Position numbers and translations under genes: made by a program. From a virus (lineage: Duplodnaviria > Caudoviricetes), in IMG/VR virus record IMGVR_UViG_3300033405_000040, positions 1 to 39,178 of that record: a stretch of DNA of 39,178 nt. One strand, written 5' to 3'. This document shows positions 8,531 to 19,900 of this stretch, piece by piece. The number at the start of each line of letters is the position of its first letter. Position 1 is the first letter of the stretch. The notes beneath the pieces are model-generated. The model did no database searches, was not told where the DNA came from, and worked only from the letters and a program-made list of their open reading frames with translations.

Positions 8531-9981
8531 CGACTCTTTCGCTTCGGTTTTGTGAGTTCCGCTACAGGTTCCGACTCAGTTTCTGATTCAAGTTCGGGCT
8601 CCTCCTCAGGAGTCCCCATATCGTTTACCGCGCATTCAATTCGAATGGGCTGAACATGAACTCCTCCGCTCGTGAGTCGGAATTCTCGCGCAGTCGTAGT
8701 AACACCTTCTTTAATAGCGGCTACAAGTTCCGTGCGAAGCTTTTTGAGCAATTTCTGCTTTGGGACTGACCCTTCAAAATCTGCAGTCAAAGACAATTCA
8801 ACTTGACATGAATACTCCGTAGAAGGAATAAGCATGTCTTTGGTCTTAATAGGCTTAGATTGCGAAGGCAAAATCCTTTTACGTGCGATTCGCGCTGCCA
8901 TGCGATGGAAATCGAAGCTTGAAGCAGCTTTAATCGCCGGAGCGGCTTTCTCTTTATCAGAAAGGTCCAATGTCTTTAGAAATGCTTGAACTTCATCCCC
9001 CGATTCGCCTTCCTTCATATCATTGAAGGCTTTAAGAACCGCTACTTTAGAACCAGGAGGCACCACCACATACATGGTGTCCGATTCCCAATTCACACTA
9101 ACAGCACCAGCTTGCATGAGCTCTAAATCAATGGAATCCTGAATGGAGCCATCATCCGATTGCATTGTTTCATTTTCTTCATATGGGTCTGCTTGGAAGA
9201 CGAGAACGAGATTCTCCTCCACAGCAGCCAGAAGCAAACGCAATTTGAGCTCGAGTAACGGCAAGCTCGGATTTTCCGAGGCCTCAAGACTTGTAGCAAT
9301 GCGACGCAAAGCTTCAGCAATATGAATCACAGATTCAGAGGCCATAGAAGCTTGCTTCCCGGAAGCACATTTCCGACAGTGTTTACGATGGTCAACAACC
9401 CCACCACATTGATCACAAATCTCTCGAATTTCGACTGCTACGCCAAGAATCCCATCTGGAACATGGCCTGGTTTGGAACCCTTTGGGATCCCGACCATAA
9501 CGCAAGGATTCCCACTTGAGTCAATGTCACCGAAAATAGACAGATTTGGCAAATGAGCACGCAAAGCATTGGCAGCCGCATGCGCAATAAGAATTTTGCC
9601 TTTCTCGGAAGAATAGACATGTTTCAAAAATTCGGCAGGCGGTCGAACTGAGTGGATTCGAACATAATGAGATAAACCTTCAGGCCACAGCCAAATGTCA
9701 TCTGTTAGATCTCGGCTACCATTCATAATGCCGCAGATTCGGCAGTCAGACCAACCTTTGTAAGCTGCGTGTTCAGTGCCTGAGTCTAGATAGAGAGCAA
9801 CAACTTGACGTTCTTCAGGCAGCCATCCTGAATCAACCAGCTCGAGAGGATCTGGGAAATCCGGTTCGTTTTCCGAACGCCAGAAACCAACCTGTGTCAG
9901 GGGTCTTTGATTAGTCCTGACATCCATAGGTGAAGATGATTCTTCTTCCGGAATATGACCATTCACGTCTCTAGAGCCCAT
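8524..9981 (-). CDS. Multidomain hypothetical protein with Cys/His motifs
   Basis: 485 aa; N-terminal GWSDCRICG..NGS...WLWPEGLSHYVRIH domain, CDQCGG...CRKC zinc finger, AARIA motif, acidic then basic tail. Confidence 0.7.
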   Translation of the reverse strand: MGSRDVNGHIPEEESSSPMDVRTNQRPLTQVGFWRSENEPDFPDPLELVDSGWLPEERQVVALYLDSGTEHAAYKGWSDCRICGIMNGSRDLTDDIWLWPEGLSHYVRIHSVRPPAEFLKHVYSSEKGKILIAHAAANALRAHLPNLSIFGDIDSSGNPCVMVGIPKGSKPGHVPDGILGVAVEIREICDQCGGVVDHRKHCRKCASGKQASMASESVIHIAEALRRIATSLEASENPSLPLLELKLRLLLAAVEENLVLVFQADPYEENETMQSDDGSIQDSIDLELMQAGAVSVNWESDTMYVVVPPGSKVAVLKAFNDMKEGESGDEVQAFLKTLDLSDKEKAAPAIKAASSFDFHRMAARIARKRILPSQSKPIKTKDMLIPSTEYSCQVELSLTADFEGSVPKQKLLKKLRTELVAAIKEGVTTTAREFRLTSGGVHVQPIRIECAVNDMGTPEEEPELESETESEPVAELTKPKRKSRR

Positions 9982-9997
9982 AGAAGGCTCGAAGGAA

Positions 9998-10375
9998 TCA
10001 CTGTTCCATCACATCCCGAACAGTGCCTGTACGCCAAGCTTCCACTAGTTGTTCTTCTGTCAAATCAAGTTTCTTGGCTACTCGAACGAGATCTTCCAGA
10101 ACGTCTCCATTAGTTACGTTCCTAGTCATTTCTGTCCATTGGTATCCGCATCTATGACATTTGAGATGAAAGTGATCTGTACCTTTCGGACAATCTAATG
10201 AGCGCAGTTGTCTTTTAAACCAAGAACCATGACACAAAATCCTAGGAACATCGTTGTGGGGCCAGAGAGCCATCCCACATTTTTGGCAAAAAAGCCAAGG
10301 ACCGGAAGCCTTTTTCTTTCCGGTTTTTGGATCAGTATGTTCTGCTTCATGAAGCCCGTATCCGAACGGAAACAT
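9998..10375 (-). CDS. Zinc-finger protein
   Basis: CQKCG...C...C...HFHLKCHRCGYQW. Confidence 0.7.
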   Translation of the reverse strand: MFPFGYGLHEAEHTDPKTGKKKASGPWLFCQKCGMALWPHNDVPRILCHGSWFKRQLRSLDCPKGTDHFHLKCHRCGYQWTEMTRNVTNGDVLEDLVRVAKKLDLTEEQLVEAWRTGTVRDVMEQ

Positions 10376-10380
10376 GAACT

Positions 10381-10390
10381 ATCATACATA
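10381..10390 (-). promoter_or_regulatory. -10 element TATG-TATGAT, leaderless promoter
   Basis: TATGAT ends 5 nt before ATG 10375; no Shine-Dalgarno. Confidence 0.55.
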
Positions 10391-10404
10391 AGACGCTAGA
10401 TAAC

Positions 10405-11304
10405 TTAGATTCCGAGGAATCGGCGCGGTGTGAGAGCACCCCGTCCAACAGAAGGACCGAAACTGCTTCGAATACCGACACCAAATCTGGATTGACGCAA
10501 ACCGCGAATGACTTTTACAGTTTCCTTAGCAGCTACAACCATTTCAGCGAACCGAGCTTGAGCGTCGTTAGCCATACCTTGGTATTTACCACTCTTCTCT
10601 ACATCGAGAGAAACACCACCAATAGAGTAATTAAATTCATCAGCCACCCAGTTTAAAGCTAGAGCATTGATCGCATGGACCATTGCTCCAATAAATAGTA
10701 GACTTCTCCAATCACGATGTTGTGACATCAGTTGGTCAAGCGTCTCATAGAATGTCTGAGGCGCATACATATTGATGGCATCGTTAGATACCTTCAAAAA
10801 CTCGAGAAGCTCAGCGTCTTCCCAAAGATACCCGAACACCCGAGTAAATTGATTAATTGATTCCTCACCCGCTGGAGGTACAAAGTGGTAATTTCGTCCA
10901 GGGTTATTGTCCCGAAGCATAATACGCAGCCCTCGAATTAGATCGAATTCGATTGCTGAAATTCCAGCGATAGTCACAATTTGTGTTGCGTTCTCAACAA
11001 TGGCAAATTCTTGAACTACCTCAACCAACTTGGAATTGAGAAGCTCCTGAAAATACCATCGAATCCTATATCTACCAACATTAGCATCAAACGGAATAAT
11101 GAATGAGGCAAAGTATTCACCTACGGTCGGGTTGAAAGGGGCCCGATTAGGAGGTGGCAAAAGGACTTCTACCCCTGTGGTGAAATCAAAAATACTATAG
11201 GTTATAACGGCTGCATTCTTCGGACTGCCATCTTTCGCTTTCAAAAAGATGTTGAGCCCGTTCTGACGGGAAAGTTCCTGTCCTCGTTTAAAGGTAGTGC
11301 TCAC
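10405..11304 (-). CDS. Putative head-tail adaptor with N-terminal Ig-like domain
   Basis: Helical C-terminal part with hairpin YSIGGVSLDVEKSGKY resembles adaptor proteins. The first ~105 aa visibly match the two repeats of 32987..34264. Confidence 0.5.
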   Translation of the reverse strand: MSTTFKRGQELSRQNGLNIFLKAKDGSPKNAAVITYSIFDFTTGVEVLLPPPNRAPFNPTVGEYFASFIIPFDANVGRYRIRWYFQELLNSKLVEVVQEFAIVENATQIVTIAGISAIEFDLIRGLRIMLRDNNPGRNYHFVPPAGEESINQFTRVFGYLWEDAELLEFLKVSNDAINMYAPQTFYETLDQLMSQHRDWRSLLFIGAMVHAINALALNWVADEFNYSIGGVSLDVEKSGKYQGMANDAQARFAEMVVAAKETVKVIRGLRQSRFGVGIRSSFGPSVGRGALTPRRFLGI

Positions 11305-12141
11305 TCAGCCCTCTTCGAATGGCTTTCTACCATACTTTGAATCGATTACGGATTGATAGGCTGCCCCACCACTCATCCCAGAAAATGGGTGCGTCCCATG
11401 TGGATTATCAGAAACTCCACGGGGTTTCTTCTCTACTTTATGTTCAACTTGAGTGAACCCATAGTCCTCAAGTTCCTTAATAATTTTGTGAGTAGGAGTC
11501 TGGGTCCGGAAATTTAGATTAACAATATCTTCACGATCGAAGGTGCTTTCATCATTATCCGCAAGAAAGGTAGCGAAAGCGTCTACGCTTTCGTATTCAG
11601 CGTCTGATTTATCTCTCTTACGAGGAGTCTTAACAGGCTCTTCTCCCTCATCTTCTTCGTCTTCTTCAACATCTGGTTTTCTGATAGGCGGGGGTTTCGG
11701 TAAAAGCCGCCGGGCCTCTTCGTCAGGCTTGTAAGGATTCTTTTCAGTTGGAACTCGACGAGGCTTCTTCTTAAAATCAATGTCATACTTCCCTAGAGGT
11801 GGAGTCTTGTTGACTGGAATAGCAGCTTCAAGTTCTTCAGCAAGAGTTAAGAGACCGCTCGCTTTAGCATGTTTAGCAGCTTCTACTTGCTCGAGACGTT
11901 TGTTTGCTTCAGCCTTCGTAGGATAACACCCACCACTCCAGTCAGGGTTATGTTCTGACTTTACACAGTATCCTTTACCCTTAGTCTTCTTGACATAAGA
12001 AGTGGTATCCACTTGCGCGATGCGGGCAGCAATCGTAATGAGATCAAACGCATTACTAGCAAATCGTACTTTGCGAGTCCGACCTTCAAGAACCGATACA
12101 TCGCTAGTAACAATTCGGGCAGCAATGAGCGATAGGTCCAT
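11305..12141 (-). CDS. Hypothetical charged protein, possible internal head protein
   Basis: 278 aa; two DLxxIAARI motifs, YCVKSEH...GCYPTKAEANKRL domain, acidic tract. Confidence 0.65.
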   Translation of the reverse strand: MDLSLIAARIVTSDVSVLEGRTRKVRFASNAFDLITIAARIAQVDTTSYVKKTKGKGYCVKSEHNPDWSGGCYPTKAEANKRLEQVEAAKHAKASGLLTLAEELEAAIPVNKTPPLGKYDIDFKKKPRRVPTEKNPYKPDEEARRLLPKPPPIRKPDVEEDEEDEGEEPVKTPRKRDKSDAEYESVDAFATFLADNDESTFDREDIVNLNFRTQTPTHKIIKELEDYGFTQVEHKVEKKPRGVSDNPHGTHPFSGMSGGAAYQSVIDSKYGRKPFEEG

Positions 12142-12193
12142 CGAGAAAAAATAAAAATAAAAGGGCGGAAGCTACTACAATTGCGATGAAATC

Positions 12194-13705
12194 TTAGCCG
12201 TCATCTTTCCCATGCAAGAGGGGCTTAAGACCAGCAGCCCTTCGAAATTCATCTTCAACCCACTGACGTGCAGTCACAATTGCTTCTGGAGTTAAACGAT
12301 CATGCGATACCCAGGACCGGTATTCTCCTGGCGTACCTTTATATAACACAACGTCTTTTGAAAAATCAAGGGAAGCTTTGTCGAATTGAATGTTGTGTTT
12401 CTCAGGAGACTCGAAAATTGGCGTACCCTCATATGGAGTCGTAATGGATACATCTGCATCATCGAGGCCCTCTTGAGCCATCAAAACTAACCAGTTCCGG
12501 AGAGCCTCAATAGACTCCGGTGACTCTCCTGGCAAACCAACCTGCGTGAAAACCTTAGGTCGAATTTTATGCTTCACACATAGACGAACAAAAGCCGTGT
12601 TGTCTTCAAGCGTCGCACCTTTTCGAATATCGCGAAGGATCTTAGCGTCAGCAGCCTCAGCACCTGTGCACATTTGCACGCATCCGGCCTCAGCCATTTT
12701 ACGAAAGACTTCATCTGTCGTAAGATTCTTCCCATTTTTAAAGAATGCGCGCCAAATCACGCCTTCTTCTTTCAACATAGGCAGAAATCGATTAACGAAG
12801 TCCGGTCTTAAATTAATCTCGTCGTCATAGAACATGAAAGCGCGCAGCCCGTAGATTGAACGGATCTGACGGATTTCTTCGCGTACACGCTCCGAAGACT
12901 TAGCCTCGAGCTTCCGATATCCATCCCAGTGTGAGCAGTATGTGCAAGCAAACGGGCATCCCGTAGCGCTAACGATCGAAGTTGCACGTTCTCCACCCAC
13001 AAGATAATGATAGCTCGAAAGATCAATCAAATCGCGCGCTGGCAAAGGCCAACGATCATTTTGATAGACAATCCCTTCGTGAGTAAAAGAAGCAGCTTCT
13101 TCCTTAGGAAGACGACTAGGGAGCTTAATGATTCGTTCGTTGTTCTCCCAGCCAACTTCGCAGTTGTCCTTAAGAACTCGAAGTCCAGTCGTTTTACGAC
13201 CAAGATCAGATCGATTAGCCAAACGCTCTTTAGAACGAGAGACGCGACGTAGGAGCTCAAGGAAACCGGGTTCACCGCCACCGCCGCCTTGATCTGCCAC
13301 TACAATGTAATCAAAGTCATCATCCAAACAACGAGAAGGAGCTGTATTGGCGTGAGGCCCTCCCAATGCAGTAATGCACTTAGTATTGTGAGCCCGAATA
13401 AAAGCGTTCAGCTTTACAACTTGAGGATGCTGGGCAGCCAATGAATAGAACCCAACGAGATCAGCATCCTTCGCGATGTCCCAAAGAACTTTTTCAGCTT
13501 CATCCATGACCGCATCATAACTAGCATGGATAACATCAGGACGCCGCTGCTTAAAACCTGTCAAGTCAGCAACACATACCTCATAGCCCAATTCTCGAGC
13601 CACTGCTCCAATTTGGAGAGGTCCGAGGAAAGGGAAAGCCCGGTCATCGAGCAGGAACGGAGACGGCGGAATGACAAGAACGACCTTGGCCACGCTCATA
13701 CTCAT
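12194..13705 (-). CDS. Cobalamin-binding radical SAM enzyme (class B methyltransferase-like)
   Basis: N-terminal B12-binding-type domain (PFLGPLQIGA, LGGPHAN), GCPFACTYC CxxxCxxC motif, FYDDE, GLPGES. Confidence 0.9.
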   Translation of the reverse strand: MSMSVAKVVLVIPPSPFLLDDRAFPFLGPLQIGAVARELGYEVCVADLTGFKQRRPDVIHASYDAVMDEAEKVLWDIAKDADLVGFYSLAAQHPQVVKLNAFIRAHNTKCITALGGPHANTAPSRCLDDDFDYIVVADQGGGGGEPGFLELLRRVSRSKERLANRSDLGRKTTGLRVLKDNCEVGWENNERIIKLPSRLPKEEAASFTHEGIVYQNDRWPLPARDLIDLSSYHYLVGGERATSIVSATGCPFACTYCSHWDGYRKLEAKSSERVREEIRQIRSIYGLRAFMFYDDEINLRPDFVNRFLPMLKEEGVIWRAFFKNGKNLTTDEVFRKMAEAGCVQMCTGAEAADAKILRDIRKGATLEDNTAFVRLCVKHKIRPKVFTQVGLPGESPESIEALRNWLVLMAQEGLDDADVSITTPYEGTPIFESPEKHNIQFDKASLDFSKDVVLYKGTPGEYRSWVSHDRLTPEAIVTARQWVEDEFRRAAGLKPLLHGKDDG

Positions 13706-13716
13706 TCATGAATGAC

Positions 13717-14835
13717 CTAGCGTAATGTCATTCTAGTTTTGAGTATTCCTTCAAGGCGTCGAGCATTATTCTGCCAAGAAAATTTAGATGCTCGGATTTT
13801 AGATCGAGTATTAATTTCCGCACGGTAATCAGAATCTTGAAGCAGTCGCACCACTTCATCCGTAAATTTATCTAGATTATGTTTAATATCGTGAATCGTG
13901 ACAGCTGCTCCCCCATAAAGTTGGCCGAGCGCATCCACGTCTGACGTCACGGGAGCAGCTCCGGAATAGCAGGCTTCCATGAGGGTATTAGAGAATCCCT
14001 CAGTCCATCGAACGGGATCGCAAGGGTAAGCTAGTACTTCAGCCTCACTCATCTCTCGAGCGATGCGTTTCCGGCTTACAGATTTGAAATGTTCAACCCC
14101 ATAATCTTTCAATCTATCAAGAGCTTCCATGCAGTATAGAGCTCTGTGTTTCTGCTCTTTCATCTCTGGGTCCACATTTGGACCAACAGATCTCATGTGT
14201 GCAAACCAAGGATCGAAATTGTAGAAAATTCGCAAATGCGCAGATGGAACACGACGTCGAATATGAGGCCATTGTTGCAAAAGTAAATGCAAACCTCGAT
14301 CGGGGGAGGATGCATAAATTACGCGTCCTTTGACTTTCTCACAAACATCAAAAGAACTCGTGTCTACTCCGTTATAGAATGATTCCCATTTGTTTGTGGG
14401 AACGGATGGTGCACAAGTCTTGAGGTAATCTGTATGAGTCTCACTCAGGCCACCGATCATATCAACAAACGGTTCCCAACCTGGACGACAGTATCCGAAG
14501 TCATTCAACTGTTGATCAACCACCCGAAGCGGGCCCGGTTCCACTCCGTGAATGAAATCTGGATTCATCCATGCCATGATGACATCAAATTGACGTTTAT
14601 CAGAAGCTACATACGCATCATAATGGCGAATGGTAGTTCCATACCAGCTCCAGGCATCAGGAGTGTTGACAGTGATAGTAAAAATCGTAACTTCATGCCC
14701 GAGAGCAGCCATTTCTTTGGCATAACAGAAGCAAGCAACCTCTGAACCCGTTAACCCTCGATCATCATCAAAAAGACGTGTGAAATCAAATGGTCGCGAG
14801 ATGCAAAATGATCCGAAGACAAAAGCGATCTTCAT
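13717..14835 (-). CDS. Glycosyltransferase family 4 (GT-B)
   Basis: GLTGSE, YASSPDRGL, EGFSNTLMEA (E-x7-E); paralog of the upstream gene. Confidence 0.88.
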   Translation of the reverse strand: MKIAFVFGSFCISRPFDFTRLFDDDRGLTGSEVACFCYAKEMAALGHEVTIFTITVNTPDAWSWYGTTIRHYDAYVASDKRQFDVIMAWMNPDFIHGVEPGPLRVVDQQLNDFGYCRPGWEPFVDMIGGLSETHTDYLKTCAPSVPTNKWESFYNGVDTSSFDVCEKVKGRVIYASSPDRGLHLLLQQWPHIRRRVPSAHLRIFYNFDPWFAHMRSVGPNVDPEMKEQKHRALYCMEALDRLKDYGVEHFKSVSRKRIAREMSEAEVLAYPCDPVRWTEGFSNTLMEACYSGAAPVTSDVDALGQLYGGAAVTIHDIKHNLDKFTDEVVRLLQDSDYRAEINTRSKIRASKFSWQNNARRLEGILKTRMTLR

Positions 14836-15965
14836 GATTGTCTCCGGATCAGAGCAGTTTGAAAAATCTGCTCGAGTCTGTCAGTCAGTTTTGACCAGCT
14901 ATGCTGCTCTGCAAGAGCTCGAGACTTGGCAGTAATTCGTTTTCGATAATCTTCATCAGTCAATGAGCGAATTACCATCTCAGTCCATTCATTCAAGTGT
15001 TCCCGGACAGGGCTCTCAACCATCGTTTCAACCCAGTCACCATAGACACATCCAAGCGAGTCCACTTTAGCAGTCACAGGGATTAAACCGGCGGCACAAG
15101 CTTCCATGAGAGTAGCGGAAAAGCCTTCAGTATATGTCACCGTGTCACATGGGTATGCAAGCACAATGGCGGATGCCATTTCTTCTGCCATCCTGACACG
15201 ACTGATGGATTTGAAGTGTTCAACTCCTTGGTTTTTGAGTCTAACAAATGCCTCGCGAATATAATAAGCGCGATAAGCGCATTCGCGAATGTGTGGATGG
15301 TGCCCTTGTCCGTCACAACCTAGAAGATTATTGGCCCAGTCATCGAAATTATAGAAGACTCTCAGAGTCGCATCCGGAACCCGTCGTTTGATTAGAGGCC
15401 ATTGTTGCAGCAACCAATGAAGACCCCGATCGGGAGAAGACGCATACAGAATTCGACCGGGAATCCTATCCATTGTCGGATAAACGGTGGGGTCGCATCC
15501 ATTAGGAAGCACGGTCCATTTATGGGCACTTCCATATACTTGAGTCATATGGGCGAGATGAGCCGAACACGGACTCGTGAATATATCTACGAATGATTCA
15601 AATCCTGGTTTGCAGTATGTGAAATCATTTAGTTGTTGATTAATGATTCTAATGGCTTTCAATGACGCATATCGAAGTTGATCGGGTTCATTCCAGGAGA
15701 GAACGAAATCTGAACCTTCTCCTCGGTCATCTGTCCACATACTAATAGGAAAAACTCGAATCCCATCCCAAAGGTGTCCTTCAGCAGGACATGAAACTAA
15801 CGGCGCGAAAATTCTAACGGAATGGCCGCGAAATGCGAGTTCTTTCGCGAAACTGAGAAACGAGATTTCAGAACCGGTCAATCCACGAGGATCATGATAA
15901 ATCCTCGTGAAATCAAAAGGTCTGGGGCCACAAGCCCAAGAACCGTAGACGAAGGTCAGTTTCAC
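14832..15965 (-). CDS. Glycosyltransferase family 4 (GT-B)
   Basis: GLTGSE, YASSPDRGL, EGFSATLMEA; GTGA/ATGA coupled to both neighbours. Confidence 0.88.
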   Translation of the reverse strand: MKLTFVYGSWACGPRPFDFTRIYHDPRGLTGSEISFLSFAKELAFRGHSVRIFAPLVSCPAEGHLWDGIRVFPISMWTDDRGEGSDFVLSWNEPDQLRYASLKAIRIINQQLNDFTYCKPGFESFVDIFTSPCSAHLAHMTQVYGSAHKWTVLPNGCDPTVYPTMDRIPGRILYASSPDRGLHWLLQQWPLIKRRVPDATLRVFYNFDDWANNLLGCDGQGHHPHIRECAYRAYYIREAFVRLKNQGVEHFKSISRVRMAEEMASAIVLAYPCDTVTYTEGFSATLMEACAAGLIPVTAKVDSLGCVYGDWVETMVESPVREHLNEWTEMVIRSLTDEDYRKRITAKSRALAEQHSWSKLTDRLEQIFQTALIRRQS

Positions 15966-16915
15966 TTTTTTGCCGGGTCTACGTTATTCCGAAACCATTC
16001 AACGGTCTTTTCAATCCCGCTACCGTAATGGACTCTCGGTTCCCAGCCAAGCTTCTCTCGAGCTTTGGTGATGTCCGGACAACGTTGCTTCGGGTCGTCT
16101 TCAGGAAGAGGTTTGAAACAAATTTTCGGATTATTTCCAAAAGCAATCTGAACATCTGTAGCGACTGATAAGATAGAACGTTCGTCAGGATTACCAATAT
16201 TAATTACTGGAACAATTCTCGGAACATGGTCCATCTCGGACATGCAAATGAGACCTTGAACCGTATCAGTCACATAACAAAAACTGCGTGTTTGACTTCC
16301 ATCTCCATAAACGGTCAGACCTTCTCCTCGCATGCCTTGCATAATGAGATTCGGGAGAAGTCGACCGTCGTCATGCGCCATTCGAGGACCATATGTATTG
16401 AAAATCCGTGCGATGCGAACGCTAGTCCCATACTGTTGCGCCCATGAGACAGCAAGGGATTCACCCACCCGCTTGCCTTCATCATAGCAGGAACGAATCC
16501 CGACAGGATTCACATTGCCGAAATAAGTTTCAGGTTGGGGGTGAACTGTCGGATCTCCGTAGACTTCAGAAGTAGAAGCGATAACAATTCTCGAGCTCGC
16601 ATTCCTAGCACACTCCAATACGTTGAGAGTCCCGAGAACTGCTGTCCTAATCGTGTTAACAGGATTGCGTTGATATTGAACAGGACTAGCAGGACAAGCC
16701 AAATGGAAAATCACATCACATTCAAGATTCCAAGGTTCGCAAACGTCGTGTCGAAAGAATTCGAAATTAGATAATGGAAGCAAATGTTCAATATTAGCAC
16801 GCCTGGACGTGAACAAGTTGTCCATACACACAACATCAAATTCGAGTTCACATAACTTCTCGCAAAGATGACTCCCAATGAATCCAGCTCCACCCGTCAC
16901 TAGCGCTTTTGTCAT
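15962..16915 (-). CDS. uxs: UDP-glucuronate decarboxylase (UDP-xylose synthase) family SDR
   Basis: VTGGAGFIGSHL, HLACPASP, ASTSEVYGDP, GNVNPVGIRSCYDEGKR, RIFNTYGPRM, DDPKQRCPDI are all UXS-type motifs. Confidence 0.9.
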   Translation of the reverse strand: MTKALVTGGAGFIGSHLCEKLCELEFDVVCMDNLFTSRRANIEHLLPLSNFEFFRHDVCEPWNLECDVIFHLACPASPVQYQRNPVNTIRTAVLGTLNVLECARNASSRIVIASTSEVYGDPTVHPQPETYFGNVNPVGIRSCYDEGKRVGESLAVSWAQQYGTSVRIARIFNTYGPRMAHDDGRLLPNLIMQGMRGEGLTVYGDGSQTRSFCYVTDTVQGLICMSEMDHVPRIVPVINIGNPDERSILSVATDVQIAFGNNPKICFKPLPEDDPKQRCPDITKAREKLGWEPRVHYGSGIEKTVEWFRNNVDPAKK

Positions 16916-19900
16916 GACATGAAGCCCTTATATTGAGGGACAACCTTCAATGAAACATCTTGAATGACGTCCCGAATCATCTTATCCCATTCACGCGCCA
17001 GAGTCTCCCAACTAAAATGGTCTCTGGCGTAATCTTGAAGCTTGAGACGATCAGACTCGTTTTGTTCTCGCATGGCTGCAACAACTGCATCAATGAACTG
17101 GTTTTGATAATTTAGACTCAACCAATCTCCAGGGATCATAACTCCCCGAGAACCGACCGTCTCATTGAGTGCTGCAATAGGAGAAGTGACCATTCTCAAA
17201 CCAGCCGCATGAGCTTCCATTGCTGAAATACAAGAAGTTTCTGCGAACCAAGTTGGATAGGCCCAAACACCGCTCTTCAAATATTCTTCTGCGAGCTGAC
17301 CTTGAGGAACTCTTCCGTGGAAAGTAACTCCGGCCGACTCGTAGTCATGAAGCAACTTCTTTAGAGATGAAATAAGTATTTTCTGACCCTCGTCAGCACA
17401 AGCTTCCCAGGTCTGGAAGCCATAGAAAATATGCAATTCTGCGCCAGGGATTTTTTCTCTTACCCTTGGCCAAATTCGACAGGCCACTTCCATTCCTCGA
17501 TCGGGACTAGAACTATAGACAGCGCGATAAGGATTACGGGTTATATGTTTATCGAACCGCTTCAAATCAATCCCATTTCGAGTTTTGATCATTTGTGATG
17601 GGTGCAAATACGGATAAAATCCTAGGACATTTTGAAGATGCCAGTCCGATAGAACTAATACACGATCGATTTTAAGGGCTCTCTCATGAGTGAGACTCCC
17701 GCCACAGTGAATATCGTGAATCCAGCAAAACGTTACTTTCCTCGAAACATTGTGAGATACATCCACAGCTTCAGGCCTACGAGATGTAATCAATACGTCG
17801 CAGGTGATGTTACAATATTTAGAAGAATCAAGATACTGAACCCCGTCAAAATTCCCTTCCAAACCTTGCCGACAATCACCGTAAACCCGAATATGGTGGC
17901 CCATCCTGGCCAAATTACGAGCCATCTCAATAACGGCTGTCTCTGATCCACCAATCCCATTCTTTGTTGCTGTGTCGGGATTCCATGGTTCAACACCATG
18001 GCCCACATAGAAAATAATGTCGACCGGAGACGAAACAGGTTCAATGACTGGCTTCGGTACTAATTTCAAGGTGGGTCGATCACTGATTTTATTTTCCGAA
18101 CGACGCCCACGAGCACAGATTGAAGCCTGAGTAGGAATAGGGACGGGTTGCTCTGATTGATCAATCAGAACTTCGATCCCTTCAACATCAACAAGCCCGG
18201 CACTTCGAAGGTCATCTAAAACTTCTGACAAGATCGGAGCGCGAACGTGTTCGCGCGGAGATTCAACATCCCACTTTGGGTGAAATACTACTGAAGCTCC
18301 TTGACACCATGAGCCTCGAGGAGTGCTCAAAACTAGAGTGCCGCCCGGCTTCACATAAGCCGCAGCTCTCTTAATAAGAGCAACTGGGTCTTCTACATGC
18401 TCATAAACTTCGAGCAATGAAACCACATCAAACTGTGTCGGGAAATTTGCTGGCAGTGGATCTTCACCAAGAAGTGCTGCAATATGCTGGGCTCCGGTAT
18501 TAAATTCTCTAGCCTTTGCATTGGCGATTTCCACCATGCGTGTTGACATATCGACACCCCAAGCTTTAATCCCCATCAAGCCAGCGCGATTTGTAATCCA
18601 TCCATCCAAACTTCCAATATCCAAAAGTGTACCAGTTCGGTATTCATTTAGAACATTGAACAAGTATCTGTATCTCGCATATTGACCATGCGGAGGACGA
18701 ATTTCTTCAGGAATCGGGATGGCTTCGCACTCAGCGCCATAATTCTGATAAATAGAACGATATGCTTCAGGGTGATCAATGTGATTAAGCATGACGTCGA
18801 TTTTGCGACGCATCTCTTTAAGATCCGGATGATTTCGAATGCTCCAAGGAGCTGATTTCAGTAATGAACGAGCGGCCAACACCTCATCATGTCGAAGCAA
18901 CTGGACCCACAGCAATTTGATCATTCCAAGAGTTGTCCACCCAGGAAGCTCGATAGGATCGAAAACTTTTGGAATATCTTTCGGGATGATAAATCCAGAC
19001 GGTGAAAGCGTCATTGTTGGATTTGAAGCTAACATATGATCAGGAAGAGGTGATGCTGACACAGAAGGGGCCGGCAAGGAATTTGATGGTAGCTTTCCAG
19101 CGATCGCATCCAAAACAACCTTTTGAGTTTCAGGTGTCACGGCTCCGATATCAATGAGCTCGAGGAATCCCTCTTCTACTTTTTTACGGGCCAAATGCTT
19201 TACATAAAGCTGTCGATTTTGCTGACATCCTGCATCGTCAGGTCGGACACTCAATGCTTTATTTGCACTTTCAAGAGCTCCAACCACGTCACCAACATGA
19301 TTCAACGCCAAATTCAGGAATTTGTGAATTTCAAATTCTCTCTCGAGTGGGTTGATGAACAGCATGGTCTTGGTGGGAGGAAGCGCAAGACCTGCACGGA
19401 AAAAGTGAATTGATCGTTCCCAATTTCTTCTCTCGTGTGGACCCTTTCGCTGCGCCAGAAAGTAAAAACTTCTGCCTAGTGAAAAATAGGCTTCAGCCCA
19501 ACCTTCACGCACAGTGAGAGCTTTAGTAGCCCATTCCACTGCATGATCATAGTCACCTGTCGATGAATAATGATCTGCAATCTTTAAACAAGCTAGGAAA
19601 CGTTCATCGTCCCAACCAGACAATTCAACATATCGCTTGTGAAATTTAATGGCGTTGTCAATATCACCGGCATTGCCGTATTCGAGTCCGAGATAATAAA
19701 GCATCCGGACGTCTTCTTCGCCCTTCTGCGCATACCACTTCTTCAGAATGCGAAGATTTCGTCCTGATTCAATCTTCTTCTTTGTGAAATTCCGTCGATG
19801 AACGATCCGGACTTTCTCATATTCCGGTTTCATGACCGGTTGTTCGGGGTTCAAGATCTCATGAACGGGCCCCAACCAGCGAAATGCTGATTTCGGGCCT

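Noticed and set aside
1-12141. Headless contractile injection system or tailocin
   Set aside because: Head-adaptor and head-closure-like genes, a homing endonuclease and phage-like packing favour a phage. Not fully excluded, since capsid and terminase genes are not in the window.
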